Of a stretch of 40,778 nucleotides of DNA, positions 27,030 through 36,319 are shown piece after piece. The notes under the pieces were generated by a model that was not told where the DNA came from, searched no databases, and saw only the letters and a program-made list of their open reading frames with translations. The position numbers and the translations under genes are program-made. The stretch lies in the IMG/VR virus record IMGVR_UViG_3300033145_002495, positions 1-40,778 of that record. One strand, written 5' to 3'. How positions within the stretch are numbered: the stretch's first letter is position 1; each line of letters starts with the position of its first letter. The stretch comes from a virus. Taxonomy: Duplodnaviria > Caudoviricetes.

Positions 27030-28466
27030 ATGGCTTTAATAAAAGCGTGGGAAGTTATGGCTCATTTAGAGCCGATGGCGAATGATGGGATTGAGTATAT
27101 TAAGCAATTACAGTTAGATACACGAACTTCTGCTCCGAGTGATGCCGATTTAGCTAATGGTAGAATTTACTATAATTCTACTGATAACAAACTTTATGGC
27201 AGAATCAATGGAAGTTGGGTAGATTTAGGAGCTGCTGGTGCTTCTTCTACTTTGTCAGGATTGACCGACACTACTATCAGTTCTCCTGCTTCTGGTCATA
27301 TCCTTATTTATGACGGAAGCGATAGTTGGGATAACAAGGCGGTTTCTGGAGATATTACTTTGGCGGCAGATGGAACGGTTGCCATTGCTTCTGGAGTAAT
27401 TGTTAATGCTGATATTAACGCTTCCGCTGCTATTGATTGGTCAAAGATGGCTTCTTCCACAGATATTAGTTCTGCTGGGAAGGTAACTGATTTGACCATT
27501 ACTAATGAAGCACAGGGAGATATTCTTTATTTTGATGGAAGTAACTGGGTGAGATTGGCTGCTGGGACTGCTGGTACATATCTTCAAACTCAAGGAGCTG
27601 GAGCAAATCCCCAATGGGCTTCTGTTACAGCTACCAGTGCCAGCAAGCTGACCGACACTTTTGATATTGAAGGCGGAACTTACGACATTACGGTTGACAT
27701 TACTACTCAAACCACCAGTGCTGTTACTGTAACCTTACCAGATTTGGGAGGAGTAAATCAGGAGTGGGTATTTTCTAAAGTGTCTCAAACTTTGGAAAAT
27801 AAAACTCTTACTACTCCTACTATTGCTGATTTCACCAATGCTACTCACGACCACAGCAATGCTGCTGGTGGTGGAACATTAAACGCTTCGGCGATTGCAG
27901 CAGGAACTTTAGCTCACGAGAGAGGTGGTCTGGAAGCTGATGTTAGTGCTTACAATGGATTAGTCAAGATTTCTGGCGGTGCTACTTCTCAAGTGGCTTT
28001 GCCTCTTACTCACGAAAATGGTGGATTGGAAGCAGATGTTTCAGCATATGACGGCTTGGTAAAAATCAGCGGAGGTTCTACCAGTGCGGTTACTGCTCCT
28101 TCTGGAACGATTGTAGGAACGAGTGATACTCAGACATTGACTAATAAGACTTTAACAACTCCGACAATCAATGGTGTAATTGGAGCTTATGCCACCAAGA
28201 GTGCCGATTATACAATGACTGCCAGTGATTTCTGTGTGGATGTTTCAGGGGCTTCGGCGAATGTAACCATTACTTTGCCCACCGCCTCTGGAATTGCCGG
28301 AACGATTTATGTGATTAAGAGGTCAGATGCAACTTATGATGTAACGATTGATGGAAATGGAGCGGAAACAATTGATGGTAACGCTACTGTTACCCTTTCA
28401 GCTCAATACCAATTCAAGATGATAATGTCAGATGGAACGAACTGGAAAGTTATAGCTTCCGGATAA
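27030..28466 (+). CDS. Fibre protein (head or tail fibre)
   Basis: A/G/S/T-rich; LSGLTDTTI, QGDILYFDGSNW, QTL.NKTLTTPTI twice, HE.GGLEADVSAY.GLVKISGG twice, C-terminal SDGTNW. Confidence 0.8.
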   Translation: MALIKAWEVMAHLEPMANDGIEYIKQLQLDTRTSAPSDADLANGRIYYNSTDNKLYGRINGSWVDLGAAGASSTLSGLTDTTISSPASGHILIYDGSDSWDNKAVSGDITLAADGTVAIASGVIVNADINASAAIDWSKMASSTDISSAGKVTDLTITNEAQGDILYFDGSNWVRLAAGTAGTYLQTQGAGANPQWASVTATSASKLTDTFDIEGGTYDITVDITTQTTSAVTVTLPDLGGVNQEWVFSKVSQTLENKTLTTPTIADFTNATHDHSNAAGGGTLNASAIAAGTLAHERGGLEADVSAYNGLVKISGGATSQVALPLTHENGGLEADVSAYDGLVKISGGSTSAVTAPSGTIVGTSDTQTLTNKTLTTPTINGVIGAYATKSADYTMTASDFCVDVSGASANVTITLPTASGIAGTIYVIKRSDATYDVTIDGNGAETIDGNATVTLSAQYQFKMIMSDGTNWKVIASG

Positions 28467-28484
28467 TAGATTTTCCTTGTATCT

Positions 28485-28673
28485 ATGGCTCAAGATATTA
28501 TTGAGAAACTTGAAGACCAAAAAATTGTTTTGGAAAAAGAAATCGCAGAAAAAATAGAAAAAATGCGAGATTTTTCAAAACAAGTGAGTGAGATTCAAGT
28601 TGAAATCTTGAGTTTAAAAGGAGAATTAAAAGCGGTCTTAAAAATGCTTAATTCGTTAAAGGAAGAAAAATAA
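28485..28673 (+). CDS. Small coiled-coil protein, possible fibre chaperone
   Basis: Heptad repeats; directly after the fibre gene. Confidence 0.6.
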   Translation: MAQDIIEKLEDQKIVLEKEIAEKIEKMRDFSKQVSEIQVEILSLKGELKAVLKMLNSLKEEK

Positions 28674-28674
28674 A

Positions 28675-28953
28675 ATGAATGTAAAAAAGGTTACAGCTTC
28701 ATCAAACGGAGTTTTATCAGGCATATACAAGATTGTAGGAGTAAGATTGGTTGCTGGTAGCGATGCCGCAACTGCTATTTTATACGATAATGCTTCTGCC
28801 CAATCTGGTGATGAAGTAATTAAGTTATCAGTTGCTTCGGCAAATGGAACAGATAAAGATAATTGGCAAGAAAGAGTAGCTCCCCAAACAACTAATGGGA
28901 TTTCAGTCACTCTTACTGGAACAAGCTCGGTATTGTATATTTATTATATTTAG
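28675..28953 (+). CDS. Small beta-rich structural protein
   Basis: ILYDNASA...NGISVTLTG pattern. Confidence 0.65.
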   Translation: MNVKKVTASSNGVLSGIYKIVGVRLVAGSDAATAILYDNASAQSGDEVIKLSVASANGTDKDNWQERVAPQTTNGISVTLTGTSSVLYIYYI

Positions 28954-28954
28954 A

Positions 28955-30604
28955 ATGTTAAAGATTTTATGGAGTAGTGTTACTCCGACTATTGAAAGCG
29001 GATACGGCAGAGTTTCCAGAGAAGTGGTTTCACGATTAGTTAAACACGGTTTTGATATTATCTATCACGGCTATCAGTCGTCAGGCAAACTTCATTTAGT
29101 AGATGGCACTTTCAAAATGTTAGATGCTGGCGGGGCTGAATATGGAATGAATGTTCTTTCAAAATACTTTAAAAAATATAACAGAGATGTGTTGATAACG
29201 CTATTTGATATTTGGGCATTTTTCGGAAAGATAGAATCTCTTTGCCTTCCCTGGATAGCTTATTTCCCGATTGACGCTGAACCAGTTAGTGTTCCTTTAT
29301 CAGAACCCTTAAAGCACGCTTTCAAAAGAGTATGCTTTTCAGAGTTTGCCGAGAGAGAATTAAAAAAAGTAGGATTAGATTCCACTATTATTTATCACGG
29401 AGTAGATACCAAGATTTACAAACCGCTTTCAGAAAACAAGAAAAAGGAGTTAAGAAAAAAAGCAGGAATACCTGAAAATGCGTTTTTGGTGGGGACAAAC
29501 GGAGTTAATAGATTTGAGAGGAAAGATTTTCCGAGAATGATAAGGATATTCGCCGAGTTTGTAAAAAAGAATAAAGCAAAAGACGCAATTCTGTATATTC
29601 ACGCCAGTCCTCACGGCAAAGAAGGAACATCCTATTCTTTAATAGAATTGGGAAGATTGTATGGGATAGAAAAACAATTAAAATTTCCACCCCATCTGCC
29701 TTTTGAAGATTCGGGATTGGTAAAAATGTATAACACTCTTGATGTTTATTTCTCCACTTCAAGAGCAGAAGGTTGCGGACTGCCGATTTTAGAAGCTCAA
29801 GCGTGCGGAGTGCCGGCAATAGTTCCTGACAATTCTGCCCAGCCAGAATGGGTAAGGGGACACGGTTGGATAATGAAATGCTCTGACCATATTGTTTCTC
29901 TGACTACCCCTTTACACAATAAATGGTATTTAACCGACATAGAAAGTGCGGTTGAGTGCCTGACAGAAGCATATCAGAACAAAGAACTCCGAGAGAAATA
30001 CGGGAAAATGGCTCAAAAAGCAATGCTGAAATATGACTGGGATAAAATTGTAGAAGAACAATGGATACCTTTTTTGAATAAAGCGGAAGAAGAATTGAAA
30101 AATCCATTTGATAAAAAATACTTTGACATTAGAGAAAAGACCGATAAATCGTTAAACTTTCAACAGATTGGAGAGGAAATAAGAGGAAAATCAGTTTTGG
30201 AAATAGGGTGTGGAGACGGTGAATTCTTAAAGATATTACAAGATAAAGGTTACAAAGTTAAGGGATTTGATATTTCAGAGGAGGCAATAAAGAGAGCAAA
30301 GGAAAAAGGAATAAAATGCTTTCAGGACGATGCTTTAAAGGGTTTATTGAAATATGAAGATAATTCGTTTGATACCGTATTTTCAATGCACCTTTTAGAG
30401 CATTGCGAGGATGATATGGCGGTAATTAGAGAAAGTATTAAGAAAGCAAGAAAAGTGGCTTTACATCTTATCCCGTTAGGAGTTAGAGCTGACTGGACAC
30501 ACAAAAGGGTTTATACCTTTGGGCAGGTAATGAGCAAATTAAAGCCAACAAAAATGCTTACCTATCCGAATGGAGACGCACTTTTGGTCTATATTAAAAT
30601 TTGA
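28955..30604 (+). CDS. GT-B (GT4-like) glycosyltransferase fused to a class I SAM-dependent methyltransferase
   Basis: SGYG, IYHGVD, RKDFP and EGCGLPILEAQACGVP; then VLEIGCGDG, GFDISEEAI and FDTVFSMHLLEH; ATG 28955 follows the upstream stop. Confidence 0.9.
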   Translation: MLKILWSSVTPTIESGYGRVSREVVSRLVKHGFDIIYHGYQSSGKLHLVDGTFKMLDAGGAEYGMNVLSKYFKKYNRDVLITLFDIWAFFGKIESLCLPWIAYFPIDAEPVSVPLSEPLKHAFKRVCFSEFAERELKKVGLDSTIIYHGVDTKIYKPLSENKKKELRKKAGIPENAFLVGTNGVNRFERKDFPRMIRIFAEFVKKNKAKDAILYIHASPHGKEGTSYSLIELGRLYGIEKQLKFPPHLPFEDSGLVKMYNTLDVYFSTSRAEGCGLPILEAQACGVPAIVPDNSAQPEWVRGHGWIMKCSDHIVSLTTPLHNKWYLTDIESAVECLTEAYQNKELREKYGKMAQKAMLKYDWDKIVEEQWIPFLNKAEEELKNPFDKKYFDIREKTDKSLNFQQIGEEIRGKSVLEIGCGDGEFLKILQDKGYKVKGFDISEEAIKRAKEKGIKCFQDDALKGLLKYEDNSFDTVFSMHLLEHCEDDMAVIRESIKKARKVALHLIPLGVRADWTHKRVYTFGQVMSKLKPTKMLTYPNGDALLVYIKI

Positions 30605-30653
30605 AAACCCCGATAGTCGTAAGGGGACAGAATAATTAACAAAATAAAACATT

Positions 30654-30738
30654 ATGGCTGCTGATTTCAATTGGTATCAATACAACGGAGCAAGCACTGC
30701 TGAAACCAGTTTAGGAACTGGTGGGAATCTGTTTAACT
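30654..30738 (+). CDS. Exon 1 of an intron-split structural protein (MAADFNWYQYNGASTAETSLGTGGNLFN)
   Basis: ATG after an A-rich leader; frame hits TGA just inside the intron. Confidence 0.85.
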
Positions 30739-31006
30739 TCAAATGAGGTTCTTTAGAGAGTAATCTCTATTGCTTATCTGGCTATTTGCTGGAAACTCTT
30801 GTTAGGTTCTGGATACAAAACAGTAATCCGAAGGGATAAGCTGAAAGTAAAAATTCCAGAAATAGAGACAACCAGCAGGGAAGATTCCTTCAACGGAAAA
30901 CCCTCAGAGACTATACGCCAGACTCCTCTTTATGAGGATGAAGATATAGTCCGAACCGTATAGAAATATACGGAGTTAAGCAGAAATGACTTAACCATTT
31001 AGGATA

Positions 31007-31035
31007 TTGACAATTTATTGTTCCTGCTGTATAAT
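31007..31035 (+). promoter_or_regulatory. Intron-internal consensus promoter for the HNH gene (leaderless)
   Basis: TTGACA-N17-TATAAT with ATG 8 nt later. Confidence 0.85.
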
Positions 31036-31043
31036 TAAAGTAT

Positions 31044-31658
31044 ATGAAGCAGGAACAACAAGGCAATAGAACAATCAGGAAAAGATATATTCCTTGGAAT
31101 AAGGGTAAGAAGTGTAATTATCTTTTAGGAAATCAATTCGCTAAAGGGAATAAACCTAATAAAACTTCTTTTAAGAAAGGACACATACCTTGGAATAAAG
31201 GTAGAAAAAGACAACAGGTTGCTTGGAATAAGGGACTAAATAAAGAAAATAGTGAAGGAGTAAAGAGAGCATCTGAAAAGAGAAAAAAAAGAATTATTAT
31301 TAAATGTGGTTATTGTGGAAGAAAGATAGAAAAAACTATAAGAGAGTTTAAGAGACACTTATATCATTTTTGTGATAATAGTTGTAAGGCTAAGTTTAGA
31401 AAGGGAAAACTGGCTGCTAATTGGCAGGGTGGAATTACTCCCTTACAAACAAAAATTAGAAATTCAAAGGAATATGAAATTTGGAGAAAAGCAGTATTTG
31501 AGAGAGATAATTATACTTGTCAGGATTGTGGTCAGAAGGGAGGGAAATTAGAGGCACACCATATTAAATCTTTTTCTAAATATCCCGAACTAAGATTGGC
31601 AATAGATAACGGAAAAACGCTTTGTGAAAATTGTCACAAAAAATATCCTAAAGAGTAA
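31044..31658 (+). CDS. Intron-encoded HNH homing endonuclease
   Basis: WNKG repeats (NUMOD-like), CGYC...FCDNSC finger, RDNYTCQDC...LEAHHI...[10 protein letters not shown]. Confidence 0.92.
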   Translation: MKQEQQGNRTIRKRYIPWNKGKKCNYLLGNQFAKGNKPNKTSFKKGHIPWNKGRKRQQVAWNKGLNKENSEGVKRASEKRKKRIIIKCGYCGRKIEKTIREFKRHLYHFCDNSCKAKFRKGKLAANWQGGITPLQTKIRNSKEYEIWRKAVFERDNYTCQDCGQKGGKLEAHHIKSFSKYPELRLAIDNGKTLCENCHKKYPKE

Positions 31659-31666
31659 CAAAATTG

Positions 31667-32082
31667 TCAAAAATGTGGATACTGCCGGAACTGCTGGGTA
31701 TGACACAAATCCGATTACTGCCGGGAATAATAGCTATGAGGTTTATCTGAAAGGAGGTTGGTCGGGGACATTCAACAAGATAGATAACTTGCAAGTGTGG
31801 ATGTCAACTGATTTTTCTCCGAATACTGGTTTAAGCGTTTATTGGAAAGCAAACGGAACTACTGCTTATGCTGCACCTTCAACTGCCACTTCGGTTGCGG
31901 TAGATGCTGTTCCGACTTCTGACCCCGGTTCAGAAAACCTTTATATTGGCGGGTCATCTGGTGGTTCTTTGACTGCTGCTGGAAAATCCGATTATTGTGT
32001 TTTGCAACTAAGGACTACTACGGCTGCTGCGGCTGGGGATACAAGTCTTGCTGAATTTACCCTGCAATTTGATGAAAGTTGA
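31667..32082 (+). CDS. Exon 2 of the intron-split structural protein (spliced product 166 aa)
   Basis: Splicing gives ...LFN-F-KNVDTAG... in frame; T/A/G/S-rich beta protein. Confidence 0.85.
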
Positions 32083-32094
32083 CGCTCTGAAGTA

Positions 32095-32123
32095 TTGACA
32101 ATATGATGAGTATAGATTATCAT
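32095..32123 (+). promoter_or_regulatory. sigma70 promoter for the second HNH gene
   Basis: TTGACA-N17-TATCAT followed by AAAGGTCG. Confidence 0.75.
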
Positions 32124-32159
32124 AGAGTAAAGGTCGTTTATTATTAAATCTTTACTACT

Positions 32160-32627
32160 ATGAAATCTATAACAAAAAAAGCTCTTTACAAAGAATATGT
32201 TGTAAATAAAAAGTCAACTCGTGAGTGTGCAAATTTTTTTGGAACTTATCAAGCAAAGATTCGTCAGTTAATGAAAGAGTATGGTATTAAGGCACGAGAT
32301 TATACAGAGAATAAAATGCCCCTTAAAAAAGGAGACAAAATGCCGCAACAATGGAGAAAGAAAATTGCTAAATCAATGACCAATAATCCCAAAAATTGGA
32401 TGTATGGTAGAACGCTTAAAAAACATCCTAATTGGAAAGGAGGCGTAAGGGTGTATAGACGAATAAAACTTTCAGAAGTTCCTCTTGTTTGTAGTATATG
32501 CGGTAAAAAGAATTGTAATCTTGAAGTTCACCATATTGATTTCAATCGCAAAAATAACAAGTTGACTAATTTACAAGTTCTTTGTGTGAGTTGTCATCGC
32601 AAAATCCATTTAGGTCAGAAATGTTAA
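32160..32627 (+). CDS. Free-standing HNH endonuclease
   Basis: HTH-like N-terminus, HPNWKGG, CSICG...LEVHHIDFNRKNN..NLQVLCVSCH. Confidence 0.9.
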   Translation: MKSITKKALYKEYVVNKKSTRECANFFGTYQAKIRQLMKEYGIKARDYTENKMPLKKGDKMPQQWRKKIAKSMTNNPKNWMYGRTLKKHPNWKGGVRVYRRIKLSEVPLVCSICGKKNCNLEVHHIDFNRKNNKLTNLQVLCVSCHRKIHLGQKC

Positions 32628-32651
32628 ATTCAATTAACTTTAAGGCGTATT

Positions 32652-33311
32652 ATGACGAATTCCATCGTTCCCGAAAGGGAAAATATAAATAAAAAAATAG
32701 ATTCACTTCTTCAAATCAGAAGACGAGCTTTGTATGATTTGGAAAAATCAATTGAAGAACTTTACAAAATAGGATTGATATTTTTTTCTCCCTCTCTTGA
32801 TGGCATTCCAGAAGTTTCCTCTGCTCAAGATTTGCTCCCTCGTTTTGAAAAAACATTGGAAAGCTGGGAGTGGAAAGCAATTTACGAAGATGGAACAGAG
32901 TTAGACCAATATGGAGAAAAGCAACATCATTTCGGGGATATTGACCAATCTAAATTAAAACAGCTCTTATACATTTCTAATTTTGAAATTTCTACCAGCA
33001 ACCAAGAAAAAAGAGCAATCGTTACACTTAATTGGAAAGAAGGAACTTTTGATTTTCTAAATTGCGGGGCAATGGATATTAGGGGGCAATTAGACAAACC
33101 TTGTTTAGAAGATAAAAAGTTGATTCTTTTCAAAAGAAAAAGGCAGGATTTTACAGTAGGGTTCACTCCTAAGGAAAAAGGAATGGAAGTTGAACCCACT
33201 GGTGAGCAATTTATTTATCAGAGATATTACTTGGGCTGGGAAACAAAGAATAAAAAAGTTTTAATTTGTCTTTATCCCAATGGTGAAATTAGGATAGAGG
33301 AGAATAAATAA
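32652..33311 (+). CDS. Hypothetical protein
   Basis: WKAIYEDGTELDQ...LILFKR...YYLGW pattern; in the structural module. Confidence 0.7.
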   Translation: MTNSIVPERENINKKIDSLLQIRRRALYDLEKSIEELYKIGLIFFSPSLDGIPEVSSAQDLLPRFEKTLESWEWKAIYEDGTELDQYGEKQHHFGDIDQSKLKQLLYISNFEISTSNQEKRAIVTLNWKEGTFDFLNCGAMDIRGQLDKPCLEDKKLILFKRKRQDFTVGFTPKEKGMEVEPTGEQFIYQRYYLGWETKNKKVLICLYPNGEIRIEENK

Positions 33312-33312
33312 G

Positions 33313-33666
33313 ATGATGAAATTTCCTTCAAAATTGACCGATGAAGATAAACTTAGGTTTCTCTACCGAGCGGTTGAGCTTTTGAGATTGGAACATAACG
33401 AAGAAGGAAGGAAATGTAGAGAGGGCGAAATTTCCGAAAGTCAGTTCAGGGAATATCAAAAAAATTCTTTTGAGCCGAGAAATCAGGCATTGTTCTTTGA
33501 AATAAATAAATTAAAGGAAAAGTTAGATTTAGTTAAGAATTACAACCCAGAACGACCAGAGGAAAGTCCAAATTTGATTAAAGCCCAACAGCTTAAAGAA
33601 GAAGGTAAAAAAGAAACTAAATGGGATATTAATGTTAAAAAGATTATTCAGAAAATTAGCTTTTAA
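33313..33666 (+). CDS. Hypothetical protein
   Basis: Operon packing. Confidence 0.65.
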   Translation: MMKFPSKLTDEDKLRFLYRAVELLRLEHNEEGRKCREGEISESQFREYQKNSFEPRNQALFFEINKLKEKLDLVKNYNPERPEESPNLIKAQQLKEEGKKETKWDINVKKIIQKISF

Positions 33667-35452
33667 GCTAAAATACTGGAAGCCGATTAAACTTTGCTGG
33701 TGGTTTAAAAAACACGGATGGAATATCCCGAAGTTTCTGGTTGGACATCCTGGAACCGAAGACTTCACAACTTATACCGAAAATGACGCAAATGGTAGAT
33801 TTACTGTAACCTCAAGCAAGATAGATGTAAGCGGTCTTCGGAGAGATGACCAGGGTCATTATGTCTATAAAGATAAGGGGGTGAACCATTTTGACGGAGA
33901 CTTTGAATTTTTGTTTGAAGCCTCTGTGGCTGATGTTGGTTCTGATGATAGTAGCTGGATGTATATGGTAATGGTGGCTAATGCGGTAAATGATTTTAAG
34001 GGTTTAGAAGGTGCGAGCGAAGATTGTATTGCTGCCGATGTCTATCCATATCGCCCCAATGATGGAGATTATAGATGGGGTTTGCAGGAATTAGATAGTG
34101 GAACAGGGTATCTTGATTATTCGTATGCTGGATATACTTTTGATACTCTTTATTATCTTACCCTGAAGCGAGACGAGAACGTGGGGACTTATGGCACTGC
34201 TTATTTATATGTTTATTCAGATGCTGCCAGAACCACCTTGGTAGATAGTTATTCAATCGCCCTTCATACTTCCAAAAAAGATTATCAGTATATTTATGGA
34301 GTAAGTGCCAGAGGTGATTCACCAACAGCTGCCGAGGCTATTACTGGTTATGTTCAGAATTTAGATTTACAGGAGGCGGCAACGGAAACAGTAACCACTA
34401 CCGCCAAAGCCAGAATTAAACAGACAGGAATTTCAAAAACAATCCAAGCTAAAGCCAGAATTAAAGCAGAAGTTTCAAAAACTTTAACGGCGAGGGGAAG
34501 AATTAAACAAGAAGGTATTTCAAAACAGGTTCAATCAAAAGCAAGGATAAAACAGGTTGATATTACAAAAACAATTAGTTCTCAAGCAAGGATTTTAACT
34601 ACCGAAGAAAGTATTATTCAAGCTAAGGCACGCTTAAAAACATTAAACGAGAAATTGATTTCAGCAAAGGCAAGAGTAAAACAGACCGACATAACCAAAA
34701 CCCTTCAATCCCAAGCCCGTATTAAAATAGAAGGAATAGATAATTTACTTTCCTCAAAAGCCAGAATTAAAGCAACGATTGATAAATTAACTCAAGCCAG
34801 AGCAAGGATATTTGGAACACAGGAAAAAGCTCTGACCACTCAAGCCAGAATTAAAATAGAAAACATCACAAAAACTATTTCTGCTTTGGCAAAAATAGTT
34901 TATACTTATGAGCAGTTAATCCAAACCAGAGCCAGAATTAAAGCACTTCAAGAAAGTTTAATTACCGCTAAAGGAAGAATAAAACAATTAGGGATTGAGA
35001 AAGACATAACAGCGAGGGGAAGAATACAGTATACTTATACCGAAACTATTTCCTCGCAGGCAAGAATTGAAAGATTGGAAGAAAGTATTTTATCTTCAAG
35101 GGCAAGGATAAAAGTTTTAGGAACTGAAAAAATTATTTCAGCGAAAACAAGGATTAAACTATTGGCAACTGAAAAACAATTTACAGTAAAGGCAAGAATT
35201 AAAGCATTAGGTATTACTAAAACAATTTCAGCATTAGCCCGAATTAAGATTACTGATATTACAAATCAAATTTCAGCAATGGCACGGATGTTAAGAGTAG
35301 AAACTAAAGGTCTCACAACTAAAGCAAAATTAACTTATTGGTTTGGGGAAGGGTTGGCTTCTGCTAAATCTATTCCTTACCCTTCTGCTAAATCTATTCC
35401 TTACCCTTCTGCTAAATCTATTCCTTACCCTTCTGCTAAATCTATTTATTAA
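33632..35452 (+). CDS. Virion protein with a lectin-like beta domain and about 20 short (K/Q)ARI(K) repeats; fibre or decoration protein
   Basis: Acidic aromatic N-domain, then 13-15 aa repeats K.I.A.ARIK. Confidence 0.7.
   Translation: MLKRLFRKLAFKLKYWKPIKLCWWFKKHGWNIPKFLVGHPGTEDFTTYTENDANGRFTVTSSKIDVSGLRRDDQGHYVYKDKGVNHFDGDFEFLFEASVADVGSDDSSWMYMVMVANAVNDFKGLEGASEDCIAADVYPYRPNDGDYRWGLQELDSGTGYLDYSYAGYTFDTLYYLTLKRDENVGTYGTAYLYVYSDAARTTLVDSYSIALHTSKKDYQYIYGVSARGDSPTAAEAITGYVQNLDLQEAATETVTTTAKARIKQTGISKTIQAKARIKAEVSKTLTARGRIKQEGISKQVQSKARIKQVDITKTISSQARILTTEESIIQAKARLKTLNEKLISAKARVKQTDITKTLQSQARIKIEGIDNLLSSKARIKATIDKLTQARARIFGTQEKALTTQARIKIENITKTISALAKIVYTYEQLIQTRARIKALQESLITAKGRIKQLGIEKDITARGRIQYTYTETISSQARIERLEESILSSRARIKVLGTEKIISAKTRIKLLATEKQFTVKARIKALGITKTISALARIKITDITNQISAMARMLRVETKGLTTKAKLTYWFGEGLASAKSIPYPSAKSIPYPSAKSIPYPSAKSIY
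35358..35446 (+). repeat. Perfect 24-bp tandem repeat, 3.7 copies, encoding (SAKSIPYP)n
   Basis: CTTCTGCTAAATCTATTCCTTACC at 35358, 35382, 35406 and a partial copy at 35430. Confidence 0.95.
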
Positions 35453-35454
35453 AT

Positions 35455-36315
35455 ATGACTTACGAAACCTTTATAGCCAAATTAAGGTTAGAATTGAAAG
35501 ATACAGATAAGATTGCCAGAGATAAATGGGACGGAGACGGCTCTACTACTTTATTTATGACCAATTATAAACCGATTAAAGATGCTTCTTATACTGTAAA
35601 GATAGGTGGAGTAGAAAAAACTGAAAATACCGATTATACGATTGATAAAGATTTAGGGTTGCTTACTTTTACTTCTGCTCCGGCTTCTGGTTCTGATAAT
35701 GTAGAAATGACTTACCGTTACCAAAAATTAAGAGATGCTGATTATTTAGAAATAATTAACGATGGTATTGACCATTTCAGGTGGAAGTTCTGGAAAGAAA
35801 CTGAAGATACAACCACTATTACTACTACCAAAGACCAATATAATTATGATTTATCAGGATTAACTGATATTCTTTATCTTATTCAGGTTTGGTATAAAAC
35901 TTCTTCTTCGGCTACTTACTGGACAGCAGTTTCAGGATTAACTAATTGGAAATATTTAATAAGACAGAAAAAACTTTATGTTGACCCCCCATTTAGTAGT
36001 AGTTCTTTGCCAATGAAATTCCGTTATCTCCAATCATTTACCAAAGGAACCACTACTTCTGCTACTTTGGACATTCCCGATGAATGGCTTTTGCCTTATA
36101 AGTATTATGTTTATGCCAGATATTATGAACGCTTAATTCCTGAAAAAATTCACGAAACCGCAGCAATTACTACTCAACCATCTTTTGCTCCCGCTCAACT
36201 TGCTTATGATATTTCCCAGAAATACTATTCATTAGCAGAAATAGTAGCTAATAAGTTAGCTCCGAAATTACCTCCAATGCCAATTCGTCAAATCCACGAA
36301 GGAATAAGTTTATAA
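35455..36315 (+). CDS. Head-tail adaptor-like protein with an inserted Ig-like domain
   Basis: Helical start, GDGSTTLF...DYTID...LTFTSAPASG insert, YNYDL and LDIPDEW motifs. Confidence 0.65.
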   Translation: MTYETFIAKLRLELKDTDKIARDKWDGDGSTTLFMTNYKPIKDASYTVKIGGVEKTENTDYTIDKDLGLLTFTSAPASGSDNVEMTYRYQKLRDADYLEIINDGIDHFRWKFWKETEDTTTITTTKDQYNYDLSGLTDILYLIQVWYKTSSSATYWTAVSGLTNWKYLIRQKKLYVDPPFSSSSLPMKFRYLQSFTKGTTTSATLDIPDEWLLPYKYYVYARYYERLIPEKIHETAAITTQPSFAPAQLAYDISQKYYSLAEIVANKLAPKLPPMPIRQIHEGISL

Positions 36316-36319
36316 AAAT

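Larger units (their letters stand above)
30739..31666 (+). mobile_element. Group I self-splicing intron (928 nt) containing a homing endonuclease
   Basis: P1 with U30738-G30747, P3 TCTGGC/GCCAGA, P4 TGCTGG/CCAGCA, R element TCAGAGACTA, S element AAGATATAGTCC, GNRA-capped P2 and P9, terminal G at 31666. Confidence 0.92.

Noticed and set aside
30744-30746. Stop-codon reassignment (TGA readthrough)
   Set aside because: Explained by the intron; elsewhere TGA, TAG and TAA all end genes cleanly under code 11
31624-31666. N-terminus [14 protein letters not shown] of the 152-aa ORF
   Set aside because: Intron and HNH sequence; the true N-terminus is exon 1
35358-35446. CRISPR array or DGR repeat
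   Set aside because: Contiguous in-frame tandem repeat with no spacers; no reverse transcriptase in the genome
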